A stretch of 64,000 nt of DNA, taken from NCBI GenBank assembly GCA_965203295.1, contig CBDBCZ010000019.1, forward strand, positions 2,656,001-2,720,000, read 5' to 3'. Both the position numbers and the translations under genes were made by a program. The stretch's first letter is position 1, and every line of letters begins with the position of its first letter. Of this stretch, positions 31,364 through 42,521 are shown piece by piece. A model generated the notes under the pieces. The model did no database searches. It was not told where the DNA came from and saw only the letters and a program-made list of their open reading frames with translations. The DNA is from Nitrospirales bacterium (GTDB lineage: Bacteria > Nitrospirota > Nitrospiria > Nitrospirales > UBA8639).

Positions 31364-34112
31364 TTACTCTTCTCGCAGAACCTTCAATGGAGGTTCCCCC
31401 AATATTTGAAACGTACTCAAAAAACCCACGGTGATCGCCAGAAGAACTGTGAGCAGCAGCCCAAGGCTAAGCACATCAGGCTGAAGAGTCCAAGGAAGCT
31501 CTAGGAAAAAATGCAGAATCCCCCAGGACAACAAACTGGCTAAACCTACGCCAATCACACCAGCCAACGCACCCACAACGGCAAATTCAATCGCAAACGA
31601 TCGGGCAATGACCGTACGCGTCCCTCCAATAGCTTTCAATATCGCCACTTCATAGAGACGCCAGAATCGCGTCGTGGAAAGTGCTGCCACCATCACCACA
31701 CCCCCGCTCACGATACATAGCAGAGCCATGCCTTGAATCGCCCAACTCAATTGTTGAAGCAATGTGCCAATGTTGCGGAGGATATCTCCAATCTTGATCG
31801 TCGTGACATTGGGAAGAGCTGAGACGATGGCCTGCTGGAGGGGAACTTCTTCTGTAGGCGAGACTTTCGCTGACCCGATATAGGTATAGGGAGCCCCTTC
31901 CAATGCTCCAGGCGAAAGGATCATAAAAAAATTGATGGCCAGATTCCCCCAATCAACCTTTCTCAGACTTTTCACCTGCCCAGTGAGGGTTGTTCTTTGA
32001 ATATCAAACCCCACATTGGAACCAAGATCCACACCAAGATTTCTCGCGGCTTCATGTTCAACGGATACACCAATGAGCTTTTCGGAATCTTTAGGAAGTG
32101 AAGTCCCCTCTTTTTCTGTCCACCATCGACCTTGCACAATTACATTTTCCTTGGGAAGACTTTTGAGAGCGGTGAGGACATATTCCCTCGTGAAGTACCA
32201 ACCATTCCGCTTGCCTTTATGATCATCAGGATTGACCGAAACCCCATTCAAAGTCGCGAGTCGAAATCTGACGACAGGTCTCAGTTGATAATTGTCCATT
32301 TTCAGTTTCCACCTGAATGATCCGCTCAAACTGAGACTTCTGATCAGGCTGAATGTCAACGAAGAAAAACGTGGGGGCTTGAGTTGGCATATGTTCCCCT
32401 ATCGCTGTCAGCAGGGCCGATTTAATGAGTCCAATCGTCACAATGACCATCACCCCAATACCGATGGACACGATCATTCCCGTGACTTGGCTGCCCAGTC
32501 GTTGGATATTCCCAATTGCCTGACGAAAGACAAAAGAATGCGATAAGAGCTGTCTTCCTCCACTCCCTTCAATAGCCTTTTTCGAATCATTCTTCTCGCT
32601 TACGTGTCGCGGAACAGACCACGAAGTTGGTTTCGAATGTCGAGTGGTCGGCACCATAGAAAGTATCCGAAGCAGCAATTTGGCGGCTACCTGTAGGACC
32701 ATCAAGGCCACCCCAAAGGCCAGGATGAACACAAGGCCTAACCACAAGGATCGGGCTTGCCAAATGGCGAGGCAGGTCAGACCAATGACCATGGTCAAAC
32801 CAGTCACGACACGGTATCGGTCATGGAAAAATGCCCCGGCTTGTCCTCGAATTCTCTGATAGGCTGAGAGTGTGATGTGATTGGGTGGGGAGTGTTCCAC
32901 CTCTCGCCGAAAGACAAGTGCGGGAGGAATATGTCGTATAGTCAGTAAAGGCCACAAGGTAAAGCATGCAGACGCGATGATTCCAAGGATAAAACCTTTC
33001 ACGATAGGATAGACAAACAAATCACTAGGCACGGGAAGAGGTAAAACATTTTTAAATAACACTGGGAGGACAACCTGGATACCCATCCCTAACCCTACTC
33101 CAATACAACTGCCGATTCCGGCCAGGAAGAGGCTTTGAAGCAGATAGGCCTTGATGATGATCTCCGTCTTGGCACCAATAGTTTTCAGGATGGCAATCGT
33201 CTGGATTTTTTGCGCGATGAACCCACGGACGGTGGCGGCTACACCAATTCCTCCAACAAACAACGAGGTTAGTCCGATCAACCCTAGATACATGGACAGC
33301 TGATCCAAAAAGCGACGAATGCGTGGTTGGGCATCACGATAGCTGGAGACCCTGATTCCTTCCTTGGCCAGACGCCCACGTAACTCTCCGAGAAGTGGGT
33401 TGACCGGCTGAGATTCCGGGAGTCGAAGCAGGTAACGCTCCAGAATACGACTGCCTGGCTTGACCAATTCAGTGGCTGCCAATGCCTCATGCGCAATGAT
33501 GACACGGGGCCCGAAACCAACCCCCAACGAGACCCTATCCGGTTCTTTCTGAAGTATCCCAGTGATAGAAAACACTTCCTGGCCAATCTTGATTTGGTTT
33601 CCCACCTGAACCCCGAGGCTGATCAGCAAGGATTCCTGGGCTAACGCTCCAAAACATGGTGAGTGAGGACAAGCATCATCCTGGAGATTCAAGGCATTCT
33701 GGAGATGTCCGGAAGGATCGCTTTCGACCTGCCCATAGAGTGGATACGTGGGTTCCACCACCTTCAGCTCCACTAGCTGCGTCGAGGTTCCCTTCTCTTG
33801 TGCTTGAGGATCTTTCTCAACCGTCGCTGCCATCACGACGAGTTCACGAACATGGGTCATGGTGATTCCACGCGTTGGAAGCGAATTCAAAACTGTTTCG
33901 ACCTTGGGACTGAGGAGGCGAGACGAGCGAATCTCAAGGTCTCCTCCTAATAAACTTCCTGCATCCTGATGAATGATGCCTTCCACATTCTCTGCAAAAA
34001 GTCCCACTCCCACGAGCGCTCCAACCCCTACTGCGATGCACACAAAAAAGAACACGAACCGTCCCCAACTGGCTCGAGACTCCCGCCATGCCAATTTCAT
34101 AGAAAACGACAT
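31364..34112 (-). pseudogene. YbbP-like FtsX-family ABC permease, frameshifted at ~32300
   Basis: LAWRESR, IAILKTIGA and APTFFFVDIQ in ORF 32226-34112; RKVDW, FFMIL and EVAILKAIG in ORF 31364-32359. Confidence 0.85.
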
Positions 34113-34208
34113 GAGTTTATTGTTTCTCTCTATTGGGGTGTTGAATCATTCAAACATTTCTCGATAGCAGGCGACCTCTGACACAAACGCTAAAGCGACA
34201 GAAGGAGC

Positions 34209-34406
34209 AGGGGCTGTTCAAAAAGGGCTCTCGCCTGCGCGAAGCCGCTTTCAGCCTCCGTAGCGACTTCCGCCTTCGACGAAGGAGGCTCGGCGGAGCC
34301 AGGTCCAGCAAGGCCGCAAGCAGCGAGGAGGACGAAGCGTACAAGTGAGTACGTTGAGGACTCCGAGCAATGAGAACGACGCTGGCGGCCTTTTTCAACA
34401 GCCCCT
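34209..34406. mobile_element. MITE-like element with 18-bp terminal inverted repeats and a nested REP-like insert
   Basis: AGGGGCTGTTCAAAAAGG ... CCTTTTTCAACAGCCCCT (1 mismatch), non-coding, with internal hairpins. Confidence 0.75.
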
Positions 34407-35069
34407 CTAATGATGATGAGACAATTCATCTGAAACAATTCGTCCATCCCGAAGCGTGACGACACGAGTAGCACGATTGGCAAGCGCGAGGTCGTGAGTG
34501 ACTAATACGAGGGTGCTCCCATGGTCTTGATTCAGCTTCAAGAGCAGCTCGATCACCAGCGCACCAGTCGTACTATCCAAATTTCCTGTCGGCTCATCAG
34601 CGAGAAGTAAGGGAGGATTGGCAGCAAATGCTCGCGCAACCGCGACCCTTTGCTGCTCTCCACTCGACAGTTGCACGGGATAATGGTCTTGACGATCTGC
34701 GAGGCCTACTCTTTCAAGAAGCTCGCATGCCCGTGGATGAGCTGATGGATCGCCATGCAATTCCAGGGGTAAGGCCACATTTTCTAGAGCGTTGAGGGTG
34801 GGGATTAAATGGAAGGCTTGAAAAATATAACCGATATATTGGCGACGAAAATCCGTCATTTCGTTTTCCGATAAGGTCGTCATTTCTTTCCCATTAAGGG
34901 ATATTGAACCCTGTGACGGCCGATCAAGACCTGCCAACAATCCCAGCAAGGTTGACTTCCCACTTCCCGAGGGACCCACGACGGCGACCACCTGCTTTTG
35001 AGGCACCTCAAATGAAATATCCTCCAGAATGATGACCTGGTGGCGTCCGGCCCAGAGCTGCATCGTCAA
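34407..35069 (-). CDS. YbbA-like ABC transporter ATP-binding protein (signature altered to LSSGE)
   Basis: GPSGSGKST, LLADEPTGNLD, LVTHD; divergent from tesA. Confidence 0.88.
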   Translation of the reverse strand: MTMQLWAGRHQVIILEDISFEVPQKQVVAVVGPSGSGKSTLLGLLAGLDRPSQGSISLNGKEMTTLSENEMTDFRRQYIGYIFQAFHLIPTLNALENVALPLELHGDPSAHPRACELLERVGLADRQDHYPVQLSSGEQQRVAVARAFAANPPLLLADEPTGNLDSTTGALVIELLLKLNQDHGSTLVLVTHDLALANRATRVVTLRDGRIVSDELSHHH

Positions 35070-35231
35070 GATAGAAGGAGCATGGGCTGTTCAAAAAGCC
35101 ACATCATGGAAATAACCAGCCTCTTCAGCCTATTATACGGTATGTCTGTGAAAAAGTTTGTCTTCAACCATCACAAAAATGAATTCGCCCTCTTGCACCA
35201 AGGTTTATCCCTTTACCATAAACTCCATAAC

Positions 35232-36008
35232 ATGGTGCGAGCATCGAGACCCCATTGTCTGAGAGCCAACCTGGGAGTTTGCTTTCTCGTACTCCTTGTG
35301 CTGTGTAGCTGTGACGGTCAGTCGGAGGGACAACGTTCTTCAAATGACTCCAAGATAGCCGTATCAACTGCTAACCCTATTGTTTCTCCTCAAAAAACCG
35401 AACTTTCGAAAACAAGTCTTTCCAGAGAACATGATCGTGACATTCCACGAATTGTCGCATTCGGTGACAGCCTCACAGCGGGCTTTGGAGTTTCCTCTGA
35501 AGAGTCTTACCCCTCTCACCTGCAACGGCTTTTGGACAAGGCTGGCTATCGATACAAAGTCATTAATGCCGGCGTGAGTGGGGAGACCACAGCAGGAGGC
35601 CTTCGGCGTCTCCCTTGGGTTCTGAAGAGTCACCCGAAAATTGTGATATTGGAATTGGGGGCAAACGATGGATTACGTGGCCATCCGCTCAAGGAAACCT
35701 ATGCCAATTTGGAGCAGATCGTGCAGGGATTACAACAGGCTGACGTTCAGGTGGTGTTGGCTGGGATGAAAATGCCCCCAAATTATGGCCTGGACTACAC
35801 AACAGAATTTGAATCGATGTACGAACAGCTCGCGAGACAATACCGCGTCACCTTGGTCCCGTTTTTTCTAGATGGGGTTGCCGCTCAGCCCGAATTCAAT
35901 CAAGCCGACGGACTCCATCCGACAGGAGAGGGATACCAGATCATTGTGCAAAATATGATGCCAATTTTAGAACCTCTCCTCCTCGCTCGAGACAGAGAAG
36001 GAGCATGA
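35232..36008 (+). CDS. tesA: Arylesterase / SGNH-GDSL hydrolase (TesA-like), probable lipoprotein
   Basis: FGDSLTAG, NAGVSGETT, ELGANDG, DGLHP. Confidence 0.9.
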   Translation: MVRASRPHCLRANLGVCFLVLLVLCSCDGQSEGQRSSNDSKIAVSTANPIVSPQKTELSKTSLSREHDRDIPRIVAFGDSLTAGFGVSSEESYPSHLQRLLDKAGYRYKVINAGVSGETTAGGLRRLPWVLKSHPKIVILELGANDGLRGHPLKETYANLEQIVQGLQQADVQVVLAGMKMPPNYGLDYTTEFESMYEQLARQYRVTLVPFFLDGVAAQPEFNQADGLHPTGEGYQIIVQNMMPILEPLLLARDREGA

Positions 36009-36041
36009 GTTGACTGTTGAAGGCTCTCCCTTAATTGGTCT

Positions 36042-36648
36042 CTAGGGCGATCCGACTTTTTCGAATGATTCATGCAAACTCGCCCAAAAATACCACGACG
36101 CAATCGTCCGATAAGGTTTCCAGGGACTGCCAATCTCCAGGATTTGCTCTGGACCAGGGAAGTCATGCAGTCCGTACCACCGCTTAATAGCTTTTTGAAT
36201 CCCAAGATCTCCCCTTGGAAGGACATCTTCTCGATTTAATGAAAAAATCAGAAACATTTCCGCCGTCCATCTTCCGATTCCACGAACAGAGACTAAATCA
36301 TTCACAATATTTTCATCTCTTTGCCGCTCTTTGCCGCCACAGGCGGTGAGACACGATTCGCCCTTCCATGAAACCCTTGGCTAAATACTTTAAATACCAG
36401 ACCTTCTGTCTGGAAATTCCCACTGCCCGAAATGTGTCCTCTGTCAGGTGGAGGACACGTTGGGGATTGGGTCGCCTATTGGGGAACAGAGCTTGGAATC
36501 GACCAAAGAGAACACGGGCGACGTGAACTGAAATTTGTTGAGAGATGATGGAATCACAAAGAACTGCAAAGTAATTCCGACGAGGCGTCAAAGTACAATC
36601 ACCTATCACAGAAACGAGCTCTCTCATGACCGGATCCCTTTTGGCCAA
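36042..36648 (-). pseudogene. alkA: DNA-3-methyladenine glycosylase (AlkA/HhH-GPD), frameshifted by a 10-bp tandem duplication
   Basis: IISQQIS, GIGRWTAEMFLIF, WKPYRTIA. CTCTTTGCCG x2 at 36317-36336; removing one copy joins the two ORFs. Confidence 0.88.
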
Positions 36649-36740
36649 AACCTGGAAGCCTTTCGAAATCCTGGCACTGCGCTCTCGTTATCGAGATTCA
36701 ATAAAGCCATGAGAAACCATGACGGCTTCTGTAGTCGTTT

Positions 36741-36989
36741 TTAGGACTCTTCTAACTGGGAATGCGTTCCGTCACAAAAGGGTGGTTTCTTCGTATGTTT
36801 ACATCCGCACCAAGCCACTTTCTTCTTTTCTGTGAATTCGACCTCAACAGGTGAATATTCTGTCCCTGTATGTGATCCATCACAAAACGGTTGGGTTTTC
36901 GACCGCCCACATCGACACCAATAATATTTCCCTGGTTCCATCTCCATGACATACGGCGATCGCTGAGGAATAACAATAGGATTTCCCAT
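36741..36989 (-). CDS. CDGSH iron-sulfur domain protein (two motifs)
   Basis: WCRCGRSKTQPFCDGSH and WCGCKHTKKPPFCDGTH. Confidence 0.93.
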   Translation of the reverse strand: MGNPIVIPQRSPYVMEMEPGKYYWCRCGRSKTQPFCDGSHTGTEYSPVEVEFTEKKKVAWCGCKHTKKPPFCDGTHSQLEES

Positions 36990-37101
36990 ACCTGCCTCCT
37001 ACTTAATGATCATGATAAGTCCACTCGTCTCAATCAATTCGCTAATTCACACTGCAAACTTGTTCGTCGAAACAATAGAATCGAGGTTCAGCTTTCTCCA
37101 A

Positions 37102-38082
37102 TCACCCACACCGACGCTGTGGTCCACGTGGTCCCAAGGGTGTTAGCCAAATATAGTCAGCGATCCTGTCTTTTATCGCTTGACGAACCTCTTCTTGTCG
37201 GTTGAGATCCAACGCAATCAGATACACGGTCACGCTCTTAACGGGACGCAAGGATTGGCGCTCTACGCGGTTGGGGATCGGCAGACGGTATTGGATATGA
37301 CCACCCCCAGTATAACTCACCACAAGACCAGAAGAGTCCCCCTTGGTCTTGAGATAATCTACAATAACTCTGGCCATCCCCTCATCCTTAAAAATTGACG
37401 CCTCATAAAACCGTTGATAGGCCTTTTTTGGCATACCTGGATGGCACTTCTCAATCTGTTCAAATAGCACGCGATAGTACTCGGGATCATCCAAAGAAAT
37501 TGGGAAATCCATGCCCCATTTTCCCATCTCTGGCGATTTCTGAGCTTGCGCTAACCCTTGACGGGCAACCATCCGAACCAGGGAGCGTGGCGGATTCAGA
37601 GCGAAAAGCGAAAAGTTAGTCAATTTGGCCAAATTGACTAACTTTTCGTAATTATCGAAATCTCCATCCCAATTCTGATCCCAAAGAGATTCTTGAAGGA
37701 ATTGCTCAGAAGTCGTAATGTCTCCTTTCAAATACTGATCAATGCCTTCTTGCCCATCCCAGCTAAACATTTCCATAGCTAAGACAGGATTTCTTTCATT
37801 TTTTAGAAGCATGTCGATGATTTGAATAGCCGTTTGAATATGAGAAGGGGTGTAATGTTCTTCCCCAATATACACAACTTGCGCATTGAGAAGTGGAGGC
37901 TTCATCTCCTCAAAGGAGATGGCTTTGCCTGTTTCCAGATCAAATATTTGCCCCTCTTGGAATTGGTCAAGCGGGTGTGAAACTGCCTGAGCACACCCGA
38001 CTAATCCAATAACAAGCCACACATGCAATAATAAAGAAATGATGAAGCCACGTTTCATGATGAATCCGACCGTTTCGTTCAA
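37102..38082 (-). CDS. ChaN/PhuW-family lipoprotein
   Basis: Lipobox LVGC, YIGEEH, LAMEMF, GGGH. Confidence 0.8.
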   Translation of the reverse strand: MNETVGFIMKRGFIISLLLHVWLVIGLVGCAQAVSHPLDQFQEGQIFDLETGKAISFEEMKPPLLNAQVVYIGEEHYTPSHIQTAIQIIDMLLKNERNPVLAMEMFSWDGQEGIDQYLKGDITTSEQFLQESLWDQNWDGDFDNYEKLVNLAKLTNFSLFALNPPRSLVRMVARQGLAQAQKSPEMGKWGMDFPISLDDPEYYRVLFEQIEKCHPGMPKKAYQRFYEASIFKDEGMARVIVDYLKTKGDSSGLVVSYTGGGHIQYRLPIPNRVERQSLRPVKSVTVYLIALDLNRQEEVRQAIKDRIADYIWLTPLGPRGPQRRCG

Positions 38083-38244
38083 GGGACTGTTGAATAATTA
38101 CAAAATTCTCATAGTGGCGTTCACATATGACCTACCTAATGAACCTCCAAGAGCAACAGGGAATGTACTAATACCAGGTCGCCGACCGCAACCCAACACT
38201 CTCTCTTGCTTGACGCAAAGAAACCCCATCACTACCCTGCCCCT

Positions 38245-39624
38245 ATGACCGAATCATCAAAATATCCTGAACAAAACATTTTACCCACCCAAGGCTCTGG
38301 AGAATTGATCAAGTTTAGGAACCAGGTCAAACAGATGCGTGAGGCGGATCGGAATGCATGGGAAGCATCTCGGAAGTTGGTTGCCCCTCAACAGCTGCCG
38401 GAGACACTCACACAGTTAGTCCAAGCCATTCACAAATCCTGGCTCTCATCCTCACTTCAAGCGCTCCTGATGAAGGGCTTGGGTGAAGGACGATCGCAGC
38501 GAACACAGAACCTTGACTCATCTGTCCTTAAAGAATTCACAGGGCTCCCCACCACAAAAGCGCTGCGCGCCTTGTGCGTAGTTTTCAGCATAGGGCCCCT
38601 GAGATCTCATCTGGAATCCCCTTCTGCACTCACCCCTTCACAGGTCGAAGAATATCTCAATGCTTCCTCTAATCCTTATGACCTCCTCCTGCAGTCCACG
38701 ATGCCTTCATTATTGGACTTAGGTGCAGGCGATCTCTCCTTTCAGCAGGAATTGGTGGATCAATTTCTTCCCCTTCTCGAACCGCAACAAAAGATATTGA
38801 CACTGCACGCTTTAGATCGCTTGCAACCGGGGTCGCAGTTTGGAGGGGTGTACCACACCAGCTCAGAGCGAGTGAAACAACTCAAAGAGTACCCTTCCAC
38901 CAACCTTCGTTTCCAGTTTTGGGGTGGCATTGACATGATGAATCTTTCTCCCATTAAAGGGCTTTTACCCACATACACGATCGTGTCCTGTCACGCCCCA
39001 GCCACACCCACCTTTGCCTTTGAACCCTCACGGGTCTCTCGAACAACCATTACGGAAACATTGAAACGAACAAAAGGTGAGTTTCGACTTACCAAAGTTC
39101 AGGGAGAGCAAGCCTTAGAAGTCCAGCATCGGGGCCGGGTTCTGACCTTCCCGGATTGGAAATTCGAAATTCATGGTCCACTAGCCTTGTTCGATCTTCT
39201 GACAAATCGGGGGCAGCTTTGCGTGTTGTCAGCTATTGACGGCGAAGTGTTTTGGGAAATGCTTGCCCAGCTACTGGAGGATGACCGCTTTCGTCCTCAA
39301 GACCTGGAATTTAATCAAGAAGCCCTTCTCCAAATCTTCGGGTCTTTATTCCACGAGTTAGAAAAGCTCCCCATCGGACAAAGGATGCCATTGGCAGACT
39401 TCGGACAATTGCGAAAATACATGCCCGCGGTGCTTCATCCCACCACTCGTCGTTTTCGATTCAGGTATGTTGAGATTCGCCGTGGAGGGCTATTAGAAGG
39501 CATCCCCAGCAGTTTTACTGCTCGCCAATTTGCGGAGATGAACGAGGAATCCACACCGTGGTGGCTTATCCTGGTACCGGAATCGATCCCGTTTCCTAAA
39601 CAAATACATGAAGAGGAAGGGTGA
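38245..39624 (+). CDS. Hypothetical protein with a SAM-binding-like motif
   Basis: LLDLGAGD followed by LHALD; about 460 aa. Confidence 0.65.
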   Translation: MTESSKYPEQNILPTQGSGELIKFRNQVKQMREADRNAWEASRKLVAPQQLPETLTQLVQAIHKSWLSSSLQALLMKGLGEGRSQRTQNLDSSVLKEFTGLPTTKALRALCVVFSIGPLRSHLESPSALTPSQVEEYLNASSNPYDLLLQSTMPSLLDLGAGDLSFQQELVDQFLPLLEPQQKILTLHALDRLQPGSQFGGVYHTSSERVKQLKEYPSTNLRFQFWGGIDMMNLSPIKGLLPTYTIVSCHAPATPTFAFEPSRVSRTTITETLKRTKGEFRLTKVQGEQALEVQHRGRVLTFPDWKFEIHGPLALFDLLTNRGQLCVLSAIDGEVFWEMLAQLLEDDRFRPQDLEFNQEALLQIFGSLFHELEKLPIGQRMPLADFGQLRKYMPAVLHPTTRRFRFRYVEIRRGGLLEGIPSSFTARQFAEMNEESTPWWLILVPESIPFPKQIHEEEG

Positions 39625-39948
39625 AAAGGATTCGATCCCTAAAGGCGAATCTCATCTGCTCAAACCAACCATCATGCAGTCAATATACCATTTTCAACAT
39701 CCACATCGCTTTGAAACCCTTCCAAACACATTCACAACAGACCACTGATGTCGGGCCTTGGCTAACCAAGCTAATGCTCTTAACACGATTGGAGGAGCAG
39801 CTTGATCAAGAGGTTGCGGCTGTGTTAAGGATTTGCCTCTTCCCGGTGTGGCGTAGTGATATAACTCCTAAGAATCTCCATAAAATCAGGAACTGACAGA
39901 ATTCTTCCCAATTCAAACAACCTCAAGGCATCAAACATTTACTAACGT

Positions 39949-40714
39949 TTGTGCAACAACGCCACAATGGCGTTTTCGCGAAGGAGCCGATTCATGCCCA
40001 CTGTATTCAGAATAACACTGGCTATTTTTCTTATTATTGGTGCAGCAGGATGTGCCAAGACTCAACAGGCCCAGCACGTCATGAGAACAGGATTTATTGA
40101 AGATTATTCCATTCTCCAAAAAGGAGAAAAAGACGAGGCACTTTGGAAGTATAAAAATCCGATTGCCGATTGGAGAAAATATCATAAAGTTATGGAGAAA
40201 ATATCATAAAGTTATGGTTGAGCCCATCCAATTCTGGGTGGGAAAGAGTTCCCCTTTACACGACATCCCGCGAGAATAACTCTTTCGTTTGACCTCGCTT
40301 CTCCAGGGGAAAGTCCAGGACGCATTAATGGCTGATTACCGAATTGTCCGTAAGCCAGGCCCTCACGTCATGCGCGTTGAAGTCGCCCTCACTGAAGCCG
40401 AAACCTCTGAGGTTCACTTAGATACCATCTCCAGCATCCTTCCGACAGGGTATATATTCTCCGGTACGAAGTCTCTCTCGACAGGAACAGGAACCTTTAT
40501 GGGATCCTCCAGCGCTGAAGTCAAGATTACTGATGCACAGCTTGGCATCCTCTTAGCTGCGGCTGTGGATCGACGGGCAGAGGCAAAAAACATATCCGGA
40601 TCGACATCCGAATGGGACGATGTGGAAGAAGCCTTTGAATACTGGTCTCATATGATGCGTTATCGTCTATGTCAATGGCGCGGTGAACATAGTTGTGAAA
40701 AACCCAAGGCTTAA
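39949..40714 (+). pseudogene. DUF3313-like lipoprotein, broken by a 22-bp duplication and a TAA
   Basis: Lipobox AAGC, GFIEDYS, LLAAAVDRR. Duplication at 40171-40214; in-frame TAA at 40277. Confidence 0.75.
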
Positions 40715-40822
40715 CCCTACTGACGTCAGCAAACCAAGCTCCATAAATGGTGTCAAGTCAAGGAATGACCCCAATCCTCATATTCCCCATTGCCGTCTGG
40801 ATCACTCGCTAAGCCTTTTTCA

Positions 40823-41221
40823 TCAGGAAAGGGTCGAGACGAGAACGGCATCAATGATGCGTTGATCCTCAGTGAGCAAGGTTGCACCGAGGACATGTGC
40901 TGAAGCCACAATAATCCGGTCAGCCGGATCGCGATGGAACCAGGAGGGAAGCGCAGCTACCTCTGCTGCAACAGCAGGAGAGATACCAAAGCACTGCACG
41001 AGCGGTGGTGCGGCCGCGGCTTCTAGCCAATCACGCAAAGGAAGGTGAAGCTGGATTCGACCAAGATTATAAAGTGTCGCGATTTCCCACAAGCTAATAT
41101 CAGAAAGCCAAAGTGGATCCTCTGGACCGGCTTTCCGGATAACTCGCTTGTGTGTTGTTGAGAGGCGGGGATCTGAACTAAGCCACCGAAGCAGGACATG
41201 GGTATCAAGCAGGGCTTTCAC
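40823..41221 (-). CDS. vapC: PIN-domain toxin
   Basis: LLDTHVLL, ISLWEI, HRDPADRII; GTG start overlaps the antitoxin stop. Confidence 0.9.
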   Translation of the reverse strand: MKALLDTHVLLRWLSSDPRLSTTHKRVIRKAGPEDPLWLSDISLWEIATLYNLGRIQLHLPLRDWLEAAAAPPLVQCFGISPAVAAEVAALPSWFHRDPADRIIVASAHVLGATLLTEDQRIIDAVLVSTLS

Positions 41222-41466
41222 TTCTTGCCCTTTTTCTCGGCCTCCCATACCTGAGGAGAAAGAACGGGTTCCACAATATCACCGATGATCTCCACGGTCC
41301 CCACTAGCCTCTCTTGCGGATACCGTCCGGCCCTAGACACGTGCGGGATCACCTGAGCCACTGGTTTTCCCCGTTTAAGAATGGTCACAGGTTGGCCTGT
41401 TGTAGCGACTTCATCCAAGATCGCTAAGCATTTGGCTTTGAACTCGGAGGCAGGTATTTCTTTCAT
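41218..41466 (-). CDS. Phd/YefM-family antitoxin
   Basis: ASEFKAKCLAILDEV...ITILKRGKPVA-type N-terminus, directly upstream of the PIN toxin. Confidence 0.9.
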   Translation of the reverse strand: MKEIPASEFKAKCLAILDEVATTGQPVTILKRGKPVAQVIPHVSRAGRYPQERLVGTVEIIGDIVEPVLSPQVWEAEKKGKK

Positions 41467-41492
41467 ATGACTAGTCTAAATGACTAGTCATA
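41467..41492. promoter_or_regulatory. Probable toxin-antitoxin autoregulatory operator (two GACTAGTC palindromes)
   Basis: ATGACTAGTCTAAATGACTAGTCATA immediately 5' of the antitoxin start. Confidence 0.65.
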
Positions 41493-41810
41493 GACTGTCA
41501 ATGCAGGAAACTGAAAGATAGGCACAGAATGCAGGAGCTTCCAAGAAAAAGGGCACGACCCTGAAGCCTCTCCACAATAAAAAACTATCTCTAGCTCTGA
41601 CTCTTTATCCTAGCCCTTCGTCGTAGCAGATTTGTGAATATGCAATACTAGACTTCTCACTGTTACTATTCCGGCAACCGAGCATATCTTCCCAGGCCAG
41701 TCAAAGCGAATCTGGTTGACGGTTTGACATGGCCTTGATAGAGTCGAATTGAACTCGCCAAAAGTTTCGAGTTGCCACACAGCGAGAAGGCACGACATGA
41801 AAGGCACGAC

Positions 41811-42092
41811 ATGATTGGAACAGAGCATCATTATATTGTGCGGGATGAGAAAATCCTTCATGGAGAACCGATCATCCGCGGGACGCGGACTTCTATGCGT
41901 GCGATTGTTGAGTACTGGAGACTTGGGATTGCACCGGAAGAGATTCCTACCCACCTTCCCCACCTGACACTCGGTCAAGTGTTCGATGCCTTAAGCTATT
42001 ACGCTGACCATCAAGAAGAGATTCAGACCTATCTTGAGCGAAACGCCGTGCCCGATGCTCTCACCCATCCGGCAGGGCGTCCGGATGCCTGA
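41811..42092 (+). CDS. DUF433-family antitoxin-like protein
   Basis: IVRDEKILHGEPIIRGTR...LTLGQVFDALSYY. Confidence 0.85.
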   Translation: MIGTEHHYIVRDEKILHGEPIIRGTRTSMRAIVEYWRLGIAPEEIPTHLPHLTLGQVFDALSYYADHQEEIQTYLERNAVPDALTHPAGRPDA

Positions 42093-42384
42093 CATTCCTG
42101 GCGTGTCGAGCGAAACTGAGTCGGCCTAAGTGAATCGCATTCGCACCCCAGCGTCCTTAGCGTGCGACGGTAGGGATGGCGCATTCTTGTACTCACGGCA
42201 GGCTGGTGGCTCTCTAACACATTCGTTCACGGCGTGCTTGAGGTAGTCAAAAACAGTTGGAGAAAATACAGGTCTATCTAGGTTAAAGGTCACCTCTTCC
42301 CACTATTTCCGCAGTGTGCCTGGAACCCTGCTTTCCCAGGGGCTCCGCCCCTAGGACGGTCCAAACGACAGGACATTTAACCTA

Positions 42385-42472
42385 TCGAAGGGGAAACATC
42401 CCCTTCGAGCATTCCCTGGACAATGAGATAGTCCCCTCACAGACTCCCCACGAAAGGGGCACACCCCTTTCG
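42385..42472. repeat. Pair of related REP-like hairpins downstream of tRNA-Gly
   Basis: TCGAAGGGG-AAACAT-CCCCTTCGA and CGAAAGGGG-CACA-CCCCTTTCG. Confidence 0.6.
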
Positions 42473-42521
42473 AAATCCCCGGTCGTGGTTTCAAATCCTC
42501 TGAAACTCTTTAGTCGAGGTT

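Noticed and set aside
34150..34483. Short minus-strand ORFs between the ABC ATPase and permease
   Set aside because: They are translations of the MITE.
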